From an uncultured delta proteobacterium (GTDB taxonomy: Bacteria; Myxococcota_A; Polyangia; Fen-1088): a stretch of 64,000 nt of DNA. Positions 1 to 10,299 of this stretch are shown here, one piece after another. Each line of letters starts with the position of its first letter. Within the stretch, counting starts at the first letter, position 1. The stretch is taken from the NCBI GenBank assembly GCA_963737265.1, contig CAVTRY010000022.1:64001-128000 (forward strand). Direction: 5' to 3'. Both the position numbers and the translations under genes were made by a program. A model generated the notes under the pieces. That model was not told the origin of the DNA, made no database searches, and worked only from the letters and a program-made list of their open reading frames with translations.

Positions 1-2085
1 CAGCTCCGCCATGGCCCGATTCTCCTGGGGAAAGCGCGCGTTACTGAAATCGCCGGCATTCTTGTCGAGCAGGTCGCGCAAGGACGCGAGCGATTCCCCC
101 AATTCCGACAGAGCCTGCCCGAGCGAACGCGCGTCGCCTTTGGCCAAGAGGGAATCGAGACGCGTGGCCTGCGCCATCGCCTTGCGCGCATCCGGCATGT
201 TCATCCATTCGGGACTCACTTCGTTGCGAGCCTGGACCTCGGCGATCTTGTGCACCAGCTCGGCGACCCGCTCGCGCAGCTCGCGCACTTCGCGTTCGAT
301 TTGTCGGCGTAGCTGCTCGTCGCCCGAGGCCTTGTACCGTTCGAGCAGGTCTTGCAGTCGCTGGTGCGCGGCCACCAGATCCTTGCCCATGCTCGCCAGA
401 TCGTCGAGCCGCTGGCGGCCCACTAGATCGTCGAGGGCGAGCACGCCGTTTTCTAATTCGGCGATGTGGCGGACGGCGGCGGCGTGCAGCCGGGCCCATG
501 CGGCGGCGTTGACGGTGCCGTCGCTGCCCTTGCTGCGTAGACTTGCGAGCCCCTCCTCCTCGTCGCGCACGAGCTTGCCGAGTCGGCCGGCCACGCTGGC
601 CAACGCGCTCACCAGGACCTTGTTGAGGCCGCCCGCCCGGCGCTGCTGTTCGACGAGACGACCGAGCTGCGCCAGGCTGGCCTCCTCGCCTTCGTGCACG
701 TCGTGCAGGCGAGCAAGGACATCCTGCGCCTCGCCTGTCTTGCCCGGCGTCTCGATCTCGATGCGATCGGCGAGCGTAGCGATGAGTTTTTCGAGGATTT
801 CGCGCTCGCGAACCAGGTGCTCTTCGAGATCCTCGCGCGGGTTTTGGATGACGAGGTAGAGCGTGCGCGAGACGCCGGCCTTGCTACCCGAGACATCGTC
901 GCGATCCTTGGCCTCGATGTGATAGGCCACGCGCGCGCCCGGGGTGAGCATGGCCGCGGCGGGCTCGAAGGTCGTGGTGGCGCGCACCTCGCGCGACCCC
1001 TGTGCGTTCTTGAGCAGGGCACGTTGCTCGGGTCCGTCGTTCACGCGGTAGACCAGCGAGATCTCCGTCAGTCCGAAATCGTCGTGGGCGTGGTAGGCGA
1101 TCTCGACCGGTCGTGGTGTGGCCAGCTCCAGCCTGTCGGCGGGGCCGACGATGTCGACCTCGGGCGGCCGGTCGGCCTCGACCACGATTTGGTGCGCGCG
1201 CTCCTCGCGCACTGGCCGGCCAAGGAACGGCAGAAGCCAGACCCGGTACGATCCGTTTTCCGACAACGCGAACGCCGCCCTAAGCTTGCCGTGATCCAAT
1301 TTGGCCGCGAGCGTACCGGCCTCTCCGGCGTCGCCTAGCAGCAGGCGAGCCTGGCGGGCCGAGCGCAACGGCTGCATCTCCATCTGGACGTGCGTGCCGC
1401 GCAGAGCGTGCAAGTCCCCGGTCGACCCTTCGATGACCTGGCGAGGCAGTCCGGTGTAGGCGGGAAAATCGTAGGTGATGCGCACATCGCCGACCAACGG
1501 ATCGCGGGCCACCTGCGCGCCTTCGAACAACGTCGGCGTGTGGAAAAGCGTACGCATGCCCCGGCCAACCGCGGCGGGAAACACCAAAATCGCAGCCAGA
1601 AGAACGAGGAGTGAGAGCGCCGCGACGAAAACCGCCCTCACCGCTCGGTCGAGCGGAATGAGATCTTCGACGACGATGGGCTGCGTGGCGTCCGCCACCG
1701 TCGCGCAGAAGGCGCGGGTCATCTCCGACGAGGCTTCGCGCCCGAAGGCGTGCGACGATTGCAATTGCACGGCGGAGAGAAGATCGCTCGCCAGGGGCGG
1801 CCGGCGCCGGCCCACCAGGCGCGCGACAGCCACCGGCCTACTGAGCTCGCGCGACGGCCGCAGAAAGCCGAAGGCGATGCCACCGCCAGCGCAGGCTGCG
1901 ACGGTTGCAAGGGCGACATACGGCCAGGAGGTCGCTGGACCGGAAGCCCCCGCCCAGAGAGCAAGGAGGAGAAAGGCCCCGATGAGAACCGCCAACGCGT
2001 AGCCGCCCTTGCGTATGCCCGTCTCGAACAAGGCGCGACTGCGCGCCTGGCGGAGAAAGGAGCTAATACGCTCGCGGTCGGTCAT
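1..2085 (-). CDS. DUF4175-family membrane/coiled-coil protein, 3' end outside window
   Basis: Translated by eye at both ends: ATG at 2085 (MTDRERISSFLRQAR...), N-terminal TM helices, 'DVRITYDFPAYTGLPRQVIEGSTGDLHALRGT' motif, same frame still open at position 1. Absent from the ORF track, consistent with no stop inside the window. Confidence 0.75.
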   Translation of the reverse strand, partial: MTDRERISSFLRQARSRALFETGIRKGGYALAVLIGAFLLLALWAGASGPATSWPYVALATVAACAGGGIAFGFLRPSRELSRPVAVARLVGRRRPPLASDLLSAVQLQSSHAFGREASSEMTRAFCATVADATQPIVVEDLIPLDRAVRAVFVAALSLLVLLAAILVFPAAVGRGMRTLFHTPTLFEGAQVARDPLVGDVRITYDFPAYTGLPRQVIEGSTGDLHALRGTHVQMEMQPLRSARQARLLLGDAGEAGTLAAKLDHGKLRAAFALSENGSYRVWLLPFLGRPVREERAHQIVVEADRPPEVDIVGPADRLELATPRPVEIAYHAHDDFGLTEISLVYRVNDGPEQRALLKNAQGSREVRATTTFEPAAAMLTPGARVAYHIEAKDRDDVSGSKAGVSRTLYLVIQNPREDLEEHLVREREILEKLIATLADRIEIETPGKTGEAQDVLARLHDVHEGEEASLAQLGRLVEQQRRAGGLNKVLVSALASVAGRLGKLVRDEEEGLASLRSKGSDGTVNAAAWARLHAAAVRHIAELENGVLALDDLVGRQRLDDLASMGKDLVAAHQRLQDLLERYKASGDEQLRRQIEREVRELRERVAELVHKIAEVQARNEVSPEWMNMPDARKAMAQATRLDSLLAKGDARSLGQALSELGESLASLRDLLDKNAGDFSNARFPQENRAMAEL

Positions 2086-2216
2086 GAACGCACACAGTAT
2101 ATCCCCAGCGACCTGGGTCGAACGGGGTTACATCGACCGGCGGCATCGGTGAATCCCCTACCTGCGCATCCGTTCATCTGGAAACGGTCCCAACCTTGCA
2201 CGAGTGACATCTTGCC

Positions 2217-2942
2217 ATGCAAACAGCGGAAGAAACCTGGACCTTCCATCGCCGCCAAGCAGAACTGCCACACCTTGCAGGGGCAATAGCGCTCACAGGG
2301 GCCACCGCCGAGCCGTTCGGGCACCCGTCCATAACGCAAACCGCCTCCAGCAACGACGATGCCGCTGACTCGCTGGTGGCTCAAGCCCAGGCCGGCGACC
2401 GAGCGGCGCTGGAGGAGCTCCTGACGGCGATGCGGCCGAGAGCCATGGCGACGGCACTAAAGATTCTCCGCAACAGCGATGACGCCGAAGACGCGGTTCA
2501 GGATGCCTTCCTCAAGATTTGGCGCTGTCTAGCTCGCTTTGAGGGCCGGTCGTCCTTTCCAACTTGGATCCATCGCATCGTCATGAACGCCAGCCTGGAT
2601 CTTCTGCGCCGGAGTGCCAATCGCTCTGAGCCGGTGGATAGAAGTGACAACCAAGCGATCGACGCGACCGACCGCGAGCCTAGCCACGAGCAAACCCCCG
2701 AGACCTGCCTGGCTAGCTGCCAAATTCAAATGCTGGTCCGATCCGCCGTGGCTGCCCTTCCGACAGCTCACCGCCAGGCGGTTGAGCTGCGCGAGTTCGA
2801 GGACTGCTCGTATCAAGAGATGGCCGACATCATTCAGTGTCCCATGGGAACCGTGATGTCCCGCCTCCATCATGCCCGAAACAAGTTGGCCGACGACCTG
2901 CGCGCGCCGATCGGGGACACGCGCGAATTGTTCGCCGCCTGA
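2217..2942 (+). CDS. ECF RNA polymerase sigma-70 factor (RpoE-like)
   Basis: Region 2 'DAEDAVQDAFLKIWR...FEGRSSFPTWIHRIVMN' and region 4 'SYQEMADIIQCPMGTVMSRLHHAR'. Confidence 0.92.
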   Translation: MQTAEETWTFHRRQAELPHLAGAIALTGATAEPFGHPSITQTASSNDDAADSLVAQAQAGDRAALEELLTAMRPRAMATALKILRNSDDAEDAVQDAFLKIWRCLARFEGRSSFPTWIHRIVMNASLDLLRRSANRSEPVDRSDNQAIDATDREPSHEQTPETCLASCQIQMLVRSAVAALPTAHRQAVELREFEDCSYQEMADIIQCPMGTVMSRLHHARNKLADDLRAPIGDTRELFAA

Positions 2943-3016
2943 AGCGCCAAGTCAGAGCCTGCGAAAACTGCGGTTAGCGCATTCGCTGACTGTAGGTACA
3001 ATGGCGCTCCTTTGCC

Positions 3017-5251
3017 ATGCCGCGCGGAGACGGCTTGATCGAACGCCTAAAATCCCTGCTCGTCAACAAACGGGTCTGGTGTCTCGTCGCGCTCGCTGTC
3101 GTGGCCGGGACGTATCCATTCTCGTGTGGCGTCCTCGGCGGACGGCTCGTCACGTCCAAGTTGGCGGCCAAGCTCGGCGTTCCGGTCGAGTACCACAAGG
3201 CTCGCGCGGGATGGGGAACGCTGCGCATTTCGGATCTCACCATCGGTGCCAAGGATCGCCCGCTCCTGACCGTCGCGCTGGCGGATATCTCATTCGCAGC
3301 CGCCTGGGGCGCAGGGACCATCACCCTGCAATCGCCAAGCATGGACATCCAGCGGGGTGGTGAACGCGACAACGCCAGTACGCTCCTCGATCGCTTGCGC
3401 AGGCCCGGCGCACGCGGCGGAAGCGAAAAAGTGCGACCTTTCCCGGTTATAGTCGTCAACCAGGGGAGCCTTCACATCCAGGATGCGAAGTCCGATGTGT
3501 CCGTGTCCGTCGCCCGCTTCGACGCAACCTGGGAGCCTTCGCGGCGGTTCTCCATCGCGGCCAGCGATGTCGATGGCCGGCTGAGTGCGCGAGGCAACGA
3601 CAATGCCCCGGCGTTCGGCGCGGCAACCGTGACCATCGAAGGTCCTCTGTCCGGGATGCGACCTCATGGCTTTCCAGAAATCTCCGTCAAGGAAGGTCGC
3701 GTTCGCCTCTTGACCACGCTGCCCCTGACGGGTATCACGGGCAGCTTGCGGCCCGTTCAGGCCGGCGAAGACGCCATCGACGTTCTCTTCGCCGGCAGCT
3801 ATGCCGGTGCAAAACGTTCGCTGTGGACCGCGACCGGAAAGGTGAAGCCGGCGGTTGACTGGTCGAGCGTGGATGGGGAAGTTGCCCTGCGCGCCGAGCG
3901 TTTTTCGCTCGACAAGATCGCCGAGGTCCTCCCGGCCTCGGTGTTGGATCCGGAAAACACCGAAATCGACGCCGCAATCGAGGCTCATTTCAGCGGCCGC
4001 CGCGTGACCCTGTCGACCAAGCTCGACGTGGCGGGATTGAGCATCCTGCACGAGAAGCTAGCCGCCGTGCCGGTCGAGGATGCGAGCTTCTCGCTGCGCT
4101 TCGATGCCACCATCGACCGCGACCGAAGGCGACTCGACCTCTCTCTTTTGGAAGGGAAGATTGGCAGTTTGCTGGTGCGTATTTCGGGATCGATCGAAAT
4201 CCCGGCGGGCACTTTCCGGTTCAAGGACGGCCACGAGCTCAAGGTCGTTCCCAAGATCGACCTGTCGCTGCGCGTACCGCGAACGGCGTGCGCTAAGATT
4301 CTGACCAGCATTCCGGCGCCCCTCGTACCGAAGTTGCAAGGGTTTGCCTTGCAAGGATTGTTCGAGGCCGATCTTCACACCAAGATCGATTTTGGCAATT
4401 TGGACGCGCTCGAGATCGGCGGCAAGGTGGGTATCGATGGCTGCCAGGTGACCCGGGCGCCCGAGGAAGTCACGGCGCTCGTCGGGCCCGAATCGATCCT
4501 CGAGACCGTCGAGGTTCCTCCGCTTCCAAACGGCGGCAACGCCAACGAGACGCTCACGCTTGTGGTGGGGCCCGACAACATGGACTTCGTGCCCTACGAC
4601 AAGATTTCGCCGTACCTCACCGCCGCCATCATGACCACCGAGGACTCCGGCTTCTTCAAGCACCGTGGCTGGGTTTCGTCCGAATTCAAGACCGCGCTCA
4701 GACGCAACATCGCGGGTGGCGGCTTCCGCCTCGGCGCCTCATCCATCACCATGCAGATGGTGAAGAACGTCTTGCTCAGTCGCGAGAAGACCCTTTCGCG
4801 CAAGTTTCAGGAGCTCTTCTTGGTCTGGTACATCGAGCAGATTCTCACCAAGCAGCGCATTCTCGAGCTCTATTTCAATGCCATCGAATTCGGACCGCGC
4901 CTTTACGGTATTGGTCCCGCGGCCCGGCACTACTTCGGCAAAAATGCGTCCGACCTCTCGCCCAACGAAGCCGCGTTTTTCTCGTCCATACTTCCCAGCC
5001 CGAAGCGGCGCTACGTGCAGTACTGCCACGGCTCGCTGAGTCCGCAGTGGGAACGCTATGTGCACAAGATTCTCAACAAGATGCACGAGCGCGGCCGCCT
5101 CAATGAAGACGAGTTCACGACCGCGATGGCATCCACGCTGGTGTTCGACAAGACCGAAATGACCATGACCGAAAAGCAGTGCAACGACTGGGTCCGCAAG
5201 ATCACGGCCAAACCAGAGCCCGAGCCCGAGCTCGAGACGGACGGACAATAG
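3017..5251 (+). CDS. Peptidoglycan transglycosylase (GT51) with long N-terminal beta-rich extension
   Basis: GT51 motifs 'EDSGFFKHRG', 'GASSITMQMVKN', 'RKFQE', 'ILELYFNAIEFG'; N-terminal TM; no transpeptidase domain. Confidence 0.85.
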   Translation: MPRGDGLIERLKSLLVNKRVWCLVALAVVAGTYPFSCGVLGGRLVTSKLAAKLGVPVEYHKARAGWGTLRISDLTIGAKDRPLLTVALADISFAAAWGAGTITLQSPSMDIQRGGERDNASTLLDRLRRPGARGGSEKVRPFPVIVVNQGSLHIQDAKSDVSVSVARFDATWEPSRRFSIAASDVDGRLSARGNDNAPAFGAATVTIEGPLSGMRPHGFPEISVKEGRVRLLTTLPLTGITGSLRPVQAGEDAIDVLFAGSYAGAKRSLWTATGKVKPAVDWSSVDGEVALRAERFSLDKIAEVLPASVLDPENTEIDAAIEAHFSGRRVTLSTKLDVAGLSILHEKLAAVPVEDASFSLRFDATIDRDRRRLDLSLLEGKIGSLLVRISGSIEIPAGTFRFKDGHELKVVPKIDLSLRVPRTACAKILTSIPAPLVPKLQGFALQGLFEADLHTKIDFGNLDALEIGGKVGIDGCQVTRAPEEVTALVGPESILETVEVPPLPNGGNANETLTLVVGPDNMDFVPYDKISPYLTAAIMTTEDSGFFKHRGWVSSEFKTALRRNIAGGGFRLGASSITMQMVKNVLLSREKTLSRKFQELFLVWYIEQILTKQRILELYFNAIEFGPRLYGIGPAARHYFGKNASDLSPNEAAFFSSILPSPKRRYVQYCHGSLSPQWERYVHKILNKMHERGRLNEDEFTTAMASTLVFDKTEMTMTEKQCNDWVRKITAKPEPEPELETDGQ

Positions 5252-5256
5252 GCGCA

Positions 5257-7656
5257 ATGGCCCGACGAAGCGCGCGCGACTCCGGACGTCGAGAGACTTC
5301 GCCAACCGCACGCGGCAAGCGGTTGCGCGAACGCTCTATCTTCGCCCGCCTATTTCTGTGGTCGCTCGTTCTCCTAATTCCGCTGCTCGCCGGGGCATTC
5401 GCCATGGCCGGACTCTTCTATTACTACGGCAGCGATCCCAACTTGCCAAGCCTGAGCGGCATCGGCGACTACCGCCCGCCGCAAATCACCAAGGTGCTCG
5501 ACCGCGACGGAAAGGTCATCGGCGAGCTCGGCACCATCCACCGTACCGTGGTGCCATATGCAAAGATCCCCAAGGTGATGATCCAGGCCCTGCTGGCCGC
5601 CGAGGACGCCGAGTTCTTCGAGCACGAAGGCATCGACTACAAGGGCATGGTGCGCGCCTTCGTCGAAAACGTCATCCGGCGCAAATTTGCCCAAGGCGCT
5701 TCGACCATCACCCAGCAAGTGGTCAAGCAGATGCTACTCACGTCGGAAAAAAGCCTGCGGCGCAAGGTACAGGAAATCATTCTCGCTCGCCGGCTGTCGC
5801 AGCGTTTTTCCAAGGAGGACGTTCTTTCGATCTATCTCAACCAGATGTACTTCGGACACGGTCGTTACGGCGTGGAAGAGGCTGCTCGCTATCTCTTCGG
5901 CAAGTCCATCGCCGACGTCGACGTCGGCGAAGCGGCGCTGCTGGCGGGCCTCGTGCAGTCGCCCGAGCGCCTGTCGCCCTACAAACATCCCGACGCAGCC
6001 AAGAAGCGGCAAACCTACGTGCTCGGGCAGATGGCCAAGCTCGATTACATCTACGAGGATGTCGCCAGGAAGATCGCGGCCGCGCCGATTGCCGTCATTC
6101 CCGAAGGATCGTCGGCGCCCTCGACGGCACCCGAGGCCGTCGATTCGATTCGCAAAATGCTTGAAGCAAAATTCGGCGCCGACAAGCTGCCGAGCCTCGG
6201 ACTTGAGGTCAAAACTACCATCGACTCGAAACTACAAGCGCTGGCGCGACAGGCGCTCGAACGCGGCCTGGAGGAAGTGGACCAACGCCACGGCTTTCGC
6301 GGCCCGCTGGCGCATTTGTCGGGCAAGCAGCTCGACAAGCGGCGCGCGGAGCTGAAGGCCGAGCGCAAGAAGCCCATTACCGAAAACGACGTCGTCGAGG
6401 GCATCGTCGAACGCGTGGAGAACGGCACGGAAGGACCCAAGCAGGTCAATCTGACAGTCTTTCTCGGCAACGCCACTGGCGTCGTGGATCTGGCGGCCGA
6501 GCCTCGCTACAACCTCGGCAACAAACCTCCGCTCGCCGAGCGTTTTCGCGTCGGCGACGTCGTCCGCGTGCGCCTTGCGCCCGAGCGCAAGCGCGACAGC
6601 AGCGGCGACATCGCGCTGGCCTTGGAGCTGGGGCCGCAGGCCGCCATGGTGGTTCTCGATCCGCTACGGCGGGACGTCTTGGCCTTGGTGGGCGGCTACG
6701 GTTTTCGCTTGGGTGGCTTCGACCGCAGTCAGCGTGCCCATCGCCAACCGGGCTCGGCCTTCAAGCCGTTCGTGTACGCAGCCGCCATCGATTCCAAACG
6801 TTACACCGCTGCTTCGGTGGTGAACGACAGCCCCGAAGTCTTCAAGCTGTGGAAGCCGCAGAACCATGAGAAGGACAACTTCCGCGGTCCGGTGCGCCTG
6901 CGCGTGGCGCTGGCGAATTCGATCAACACCGTCGCCATCAAACTGTTGTCCGATGTCGGCATCCTGGCCGTGCGCGAGATGGCTTCGCGCGCCGGCATCG
7001 TGTCGCCGCTGCCGGAAACGCTGGACCTTTCCCTGGCGCTCGGTACCGCCACCGTCACACCCATCGAGCTTGCCAACGCCTACGCCACCTTCGCGTCCGC
7101 CGGCCAGTCGGCCGACACGCGGCTGGCAACGGCCTTCGGCGCCGAACAGATCCCCGCGCCCGCCCTCGAACAAACCATTCGTCCCGAAACCGCCTACGTC
7201 ATGGTGTCGCTCATGCGCAGCGTGATCGAGGCCGGCACCGCCCGCAGCGCCGCTGCCAAATTGCAACGCCCAGCCGCCGGCAAGACCGGAACCTCGGACG
7301 ACGTGCGCGACGCCTGGTTCGTCGGCTTCACTCCCGAGCTGCTCGCGGCCGTCTGGGTCGGCTTCGACGAGCGCCGCGTGCTCGGCCAGGGCGAAGAAGG
7401 CGCGCGAACCGCGCTGCCCATCTGGACCGACTTCATGACCAAGGCGCTGGCCGGCAAGCCCGTCACCGACTTCCCCCAGCCCGCCGGTGTGGTCGTCGCG
7501 CGCATCGATCCCGCAACCGGCCTATTGCCCGCGCCCGGCGGCGAGGGCATCGAAGAAGTCTTCCTCGACGGCACCGCACCCACCGAGAGCGCCGCCGCAC
7601 CCGGCGAAGAAGCCAATCCTGACCAGATGCTGCTCGAAGGACACGGCGGACCGTAG
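5257..7656 (+). CDS. mrcA: Penicillin-binding protein 1A (class A PBP)
   Basis: GT51 motifs (EDAEFFEHEG, GASTITQQVVK) plus transpeptidase SxxK (SAFK), SxN (SIN) and KTG. Start placed at ATG 5257, just after the upstream stop. Confidence 0.9.
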   Translation: MARRSARDSGRRETSPTARGKRLRERSIFARLFLWSLVLLIPLLAGAFAMAGLFYYYGSDPNLPSLSGIGDYRPPQITKVLDRDGKVIGELGTIHRTVVPYAKIPKVMIQALLAAEDAEFFEHEGIDYKGMVRAFVENVIRRKFAQGASTITQQVVKQMLLTSEKSLRRKVQEIILARRLSQRFSKEDVLSIYLNQMYFGHGRYGVEEAARYLFGKSIADVDVGEAALLAGLVQSPERLSPYKHPDAAKKRQTYVLGQMAKLDYIYEDVARKIAAAPIAVIPEGSSAPSTAPEAVDSIRKMLEAKFGADKLPSLGLEVKTTIDSKLQALARQALERGLEEVDQRHGFRGPLAHLSGKQLDKRRAELKAERKKPITENDVVEGIVERVENGTEGPKQVNLTVFLGNATGVVDLAAEPRYNLGNKPPLAERFRVGDVVRVRLAPERKRDSSGDIALALELGPQAAMVVLDPLRRDVLALVGGYGFRLGGFDRSQRAHRQPGSAFKPFVYAAAIDSKRYTAASVVNDSPEVFKLWKPQNHEKDNFRGPVRLRVALANSINTVAIKLLSDVGILAVREMASRAGIVSPLPETLDLSLALGTATVTPIELANAYATFASAGQSADTRLATAFGAEQIPAPALEQTIRPETAYVMVSLMRSVIEAGTARSAAAKLQRPAAGKTGTSDDVRDAWFVGFTPELLAAVWVGFDERRVLGQGEEGARTALPIWTDFMTKALAGKPVTDFPQPAGVVVARIDPATGLLPAPGGEGIEEVFLDGTAPTESAAAPGEEANPDQMLLEGHGGP

Positions 7657-7727
7657 GGCTGACATAGCTGCCCCGATCGTGTCGTCTTCGCCGGCTGTCG
7701 GTGCTTGAATCCAGGGAGATCTTGTGT

Positions 7728-7743
7728 TGGCGAGGTATTTGCA
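7728..7743 (+). promoter_or_regulatory. Putative sigma54 -24/-12 promoter
   Basis: TGGCGAGGTATTTGCA (GG-N10-GC spacing), ~55 bp upstream of ATG 7797. Confidence 0.4.
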
Positions 7744-7796
7744 GGTCGACGAGGTCGTGGTCAAACGTCGGGTACCTGCACAAGGTGAGGATAGCC

Positions 7797-8786
7797 ATGA
7801 AGAATACATCTGTTCTATTGCTTGGGGTTTCGGTGTTGGCGGGCGCCGCAGGGTTCGTGCTCTTGGCGCGATCCGGGGCTAAAGCCGGCCCCCTTCGCGG
7901 CACGGCGGCGCCGGGCTGCGCTGACGAGGATGGCGATGGCTTTGGCGTTGGGTGTGCTGCCGGTCCTGACTGCAACGATCGCGATCCGGCAATGCACCCG
8001 GGGGCAATCGAGACTTGCAATTTCAAGGACGATGACTGCAATGGTCTGGTCGACGATGGGCCCGGCTGCGCAGCGCCGGCTCTGGATCCCAGCCCGGTGC
8101 ATGTGCCCGCGGGATCGTTCTTGATGGGCAGCGACGCGGGGGCGGCGGACGAGAAGCCGGTACACAGGGTGGATGGCTCGGCGTTTGTCATCGATCGCTA
8201 CGAGGTCACCAATGCGCGCTATCAGGTCTGCCTGAACGCGGCCGCTTGTACCGCGCCGGCGCTGCCGAGCTCCACTGCGCGCGCCCACTACTTCGATGAC
8301 GCCGCCTTTGCGGATTATCCGGTGATCCACGTGTCCTGGATGCAAGCCACCCAGTTCTGCGCTTTTGCGGGCGGCCGGTTGCCCACGGAAGCGGAATGGG
8401 AGCGCGCCGCGGCCGGCAGCGATGCCCCGCGCACCTATCCCTGGGGCGCTAGCCCACCGGACTGCACCAAGGCCAATTTCGCCGGCTGTGTGGGCGACAC
8501 GGATCGCGTAGGTCGCCGGGTGGCGGGCCAAAGCCCGTACGGCGCATTCGATATGGCCGGCAACGTCTGGGAATGGACAGCGGATTGGTACGATGCGGGT
8601 TATTACAGCCACAGTCCCAGCCGGGATCCAATGGGGCCCGAAAGTGGCGCGCTCAAAGTCATGCGCGGCGGCTGCTGGGTAAGCGGGGAGAGCTCATTGC
8701 GCACGACCTGCCGCAAGGCCGAATTGCCCGGTCTGTGGGCACCCAACGTGGGATTCCGCTGTGTCTATGCCGAGGGCTCGAAGTAA
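7797..8786 (+). CDS. SUMF1/FGE-sulfatase (EgtB/PvdO-like) domain protein with N-terminal Cys/Asp metal-binding repeat
   Basis: Signal peptide; 'DEDGDGF..DCNDRD..PGAIETCN.KDDDCNGLVDD'; 'RLPTEAEWERAA', 'DMAGNVWEW', 'GFRC'. Confidence 0.88.
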   Translation: MKNTSVLLLGVSVLAGAAGFVLLARSGAKAGPLRGTAAPGCADEDGDGFGVGCAAGPDCNDRDPAMHPGAIETCNFKDDDCNGLVDDGPGCAAPALDPSPVHVPAGSFLMGSDAGAADEKPVHRVDGSAFVIDRYEVTNARYQVCLNAAACTAPALPSSTARAHYFDDAAFADYPVIHVSWMQATQFCAFAGGRLPTEAEWERAAAGSDAPRTYPWGASPPDCTKANFAGCVGDTDRVGRRVAGQSPYGAFDMAGNVWEWTADWYDAGYYSHSPSRDPMGPESGALKVMRGGCWVSGESSLRTTCRKAELPGLWAPNVGFRCVYAEGSK

Positions 8787-8808
8787 GCGGCGGAAAAGGA
8801 GACAAGTC

Positions 8809-10119
8809 ATGAAAAAGAAACTCGCGCTCGCCGCCGTTGTTGTCGGAATTCTCGCCGCCCCCTCGGTATTTCCGTGTGGCGCGCCGTTTGGCTCGGGCAT
8901 CTCGGTCAATCCGCAGCAGGACATCATCGTCGCCTACAAGAGCGGCGTGGAGACCTACGTGTTCCAGCCCACGTTTTGCGGCACGGCCAGCAGCTTTGGA
9001 TTGATCCTTCCCATCGCCTCGACGCTCACGGCTTCCCCGGCCTTGTCCGATGAGCTGGCCTTCGCCACCGTCGATAGCCTGTCGCAACCGAAGTACGTGA
9101 CCGTCACTGCCTGTGCTGGGCGGAACGGCGGTGGGAGCGGCACGGCGGGGTCGGCGCCATCGCTGGTGGACGCCGGCACCACCGTGGTATCGAGCGGTCG
9201 GGTCGGGTTTCTCGATTGGGCTCAGCTCAAGGCCGATTCCGTGGCGTCGTTCACGGATTGGCTGACCACCAACGGATATCCCTATTCCGACGCGGCCTCT
9301 AGCGTGTTTTCCTACTACGTGCAGAAGGGCTGGTATTTCGTGGCTTTCAGGATCAGCAGGTCGGTGGTGGATGCGGGGAACACCACCCTGTGCAGCGCCT
9401 TGGGTCCGGTCAAGCTGTCGTTCGCCACGCCCGCGCCCGTCGTGCCCTCGCGTATGGCGAGTGCCGCCGTCGCGCCGGCGACCTTCTACCCGATCGGTTT
9501 TTCGTGGCGAATTTTCGGCATTACCACGGGCGACCAACAGCTGGCCTTTGCCGACGGCGCGAATGCCGATCGCGTGCTTGGCTACTCGGGAGCTCTTGGC
9601 GCCCTCGATGTTACCTCGCTGGCCGGTCTGGCCCAGGCAGGCGACCGTCTGACCAAATTGACCCTGACCTTCGCCTACGGATCGACGGATCCGGATGTGG
9701 GACTGTCCTTGGCCCACGCCAGCGACTACCGCGAGATTCGCTACACCACCCAGTATGTCCTGTGCGCAGATGCCGGCGCGGATGCCGCCGTCGACGCAGG
9801 TCCTATCGGGCCGATGGACGCGGTCGCTTCCGGCCCGGATGCCGAACCGGTCGCCGACACGGCTGTTTACACGCTTGTCGACGCGGGCACCAGGGCGGAC
9901 ACGGCGCCGCAGATCTTCCCGGACGCAGCAACGAGGCCCGACGCGGGCACCAGCGCCGCGAGGGACGCCGCAGGCACGCCGGCCTCCGATAGTTCTGCCA
10001 GGGGCTGGGGCTGTTCCGTGGCGGGACGACCGACCGTCGACGGTTGCGCCGTCCTCGCATTGCTGGCGCTGACGCTAGCTGGCCAGAAGCGCAGGCGACG
10101 AGGAGGCTGTCGCCGCTAG
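8809..10119 (+). CDS. DUF2330-like exported protein with MYXO-CTERM-type sorting tail
   Basis: GGAG RBS before ATG 8809; signal peptide; 'DWLTTNGY', 'YVQKGWYFVAFRI'; D-A-rich linker; C-terminal 'GWGCSVAG...hydrophobic...KRRRR'. Confidence 0.7.
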   Translation: MKKKLALAAVVVGILAAPSVFPCGAPFGSGISVNPQQDIIVAYKSGVETYVFQPTFCGTASSFGLILPIASTLTASPALSDELAFATVDSLSQPKYVTVTACAGRNGGGSGTAGSAPSLVDAGTTVVSSGRVGFLDWAQLKADSVASFTDWLTTNGYPYSDAASSVFSYYVQKGWYFVAFRISRSVVDAGNTTLCSALGPVKLSFATPAPVVPSRMASAAVAPATFYPIGFSWRIFGITTGDQQLAFADGANADRVLGYSGALGALDVTSLAGLAQAGDRLTKLTLTFAYGSTDPDVGLSLAHASDYREIRYTTQYVLCADAGADAAVDAGPIGPMDAVASGPDAEPVADTAVYTLVDAGTRADTAPQIFPDAATRPDAGTSAARDAAGTPASDSSARGWGCSVAGRPTVDGCAVLALLALTLAGQKRRRRGGCRR

Positions 10120-10299
10120 CGGCGGCCTCGACGCCCCGCAGTTTCTCTTGCACGGCACCGCGCGCGTTCTTCATCGGGCGGCTTGGGCGAAGACACGCGC
10201 GCCCCACGACGATCCGTCCCACGAAGTCCGACGTGAACGGGTATCATGCGCGCGCCATGAGCGCCGTTTCTCCACGCAACACAAGAATGGATCGAGATC

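Noticed and set aside
11-2289. Plus-strand ORFs 11-859, 694-1338, 1475-2002 and 1750-2289
   Set aside because: Antisense shadows of the minus-strand DUF4175-like gene in high-GC DNA.
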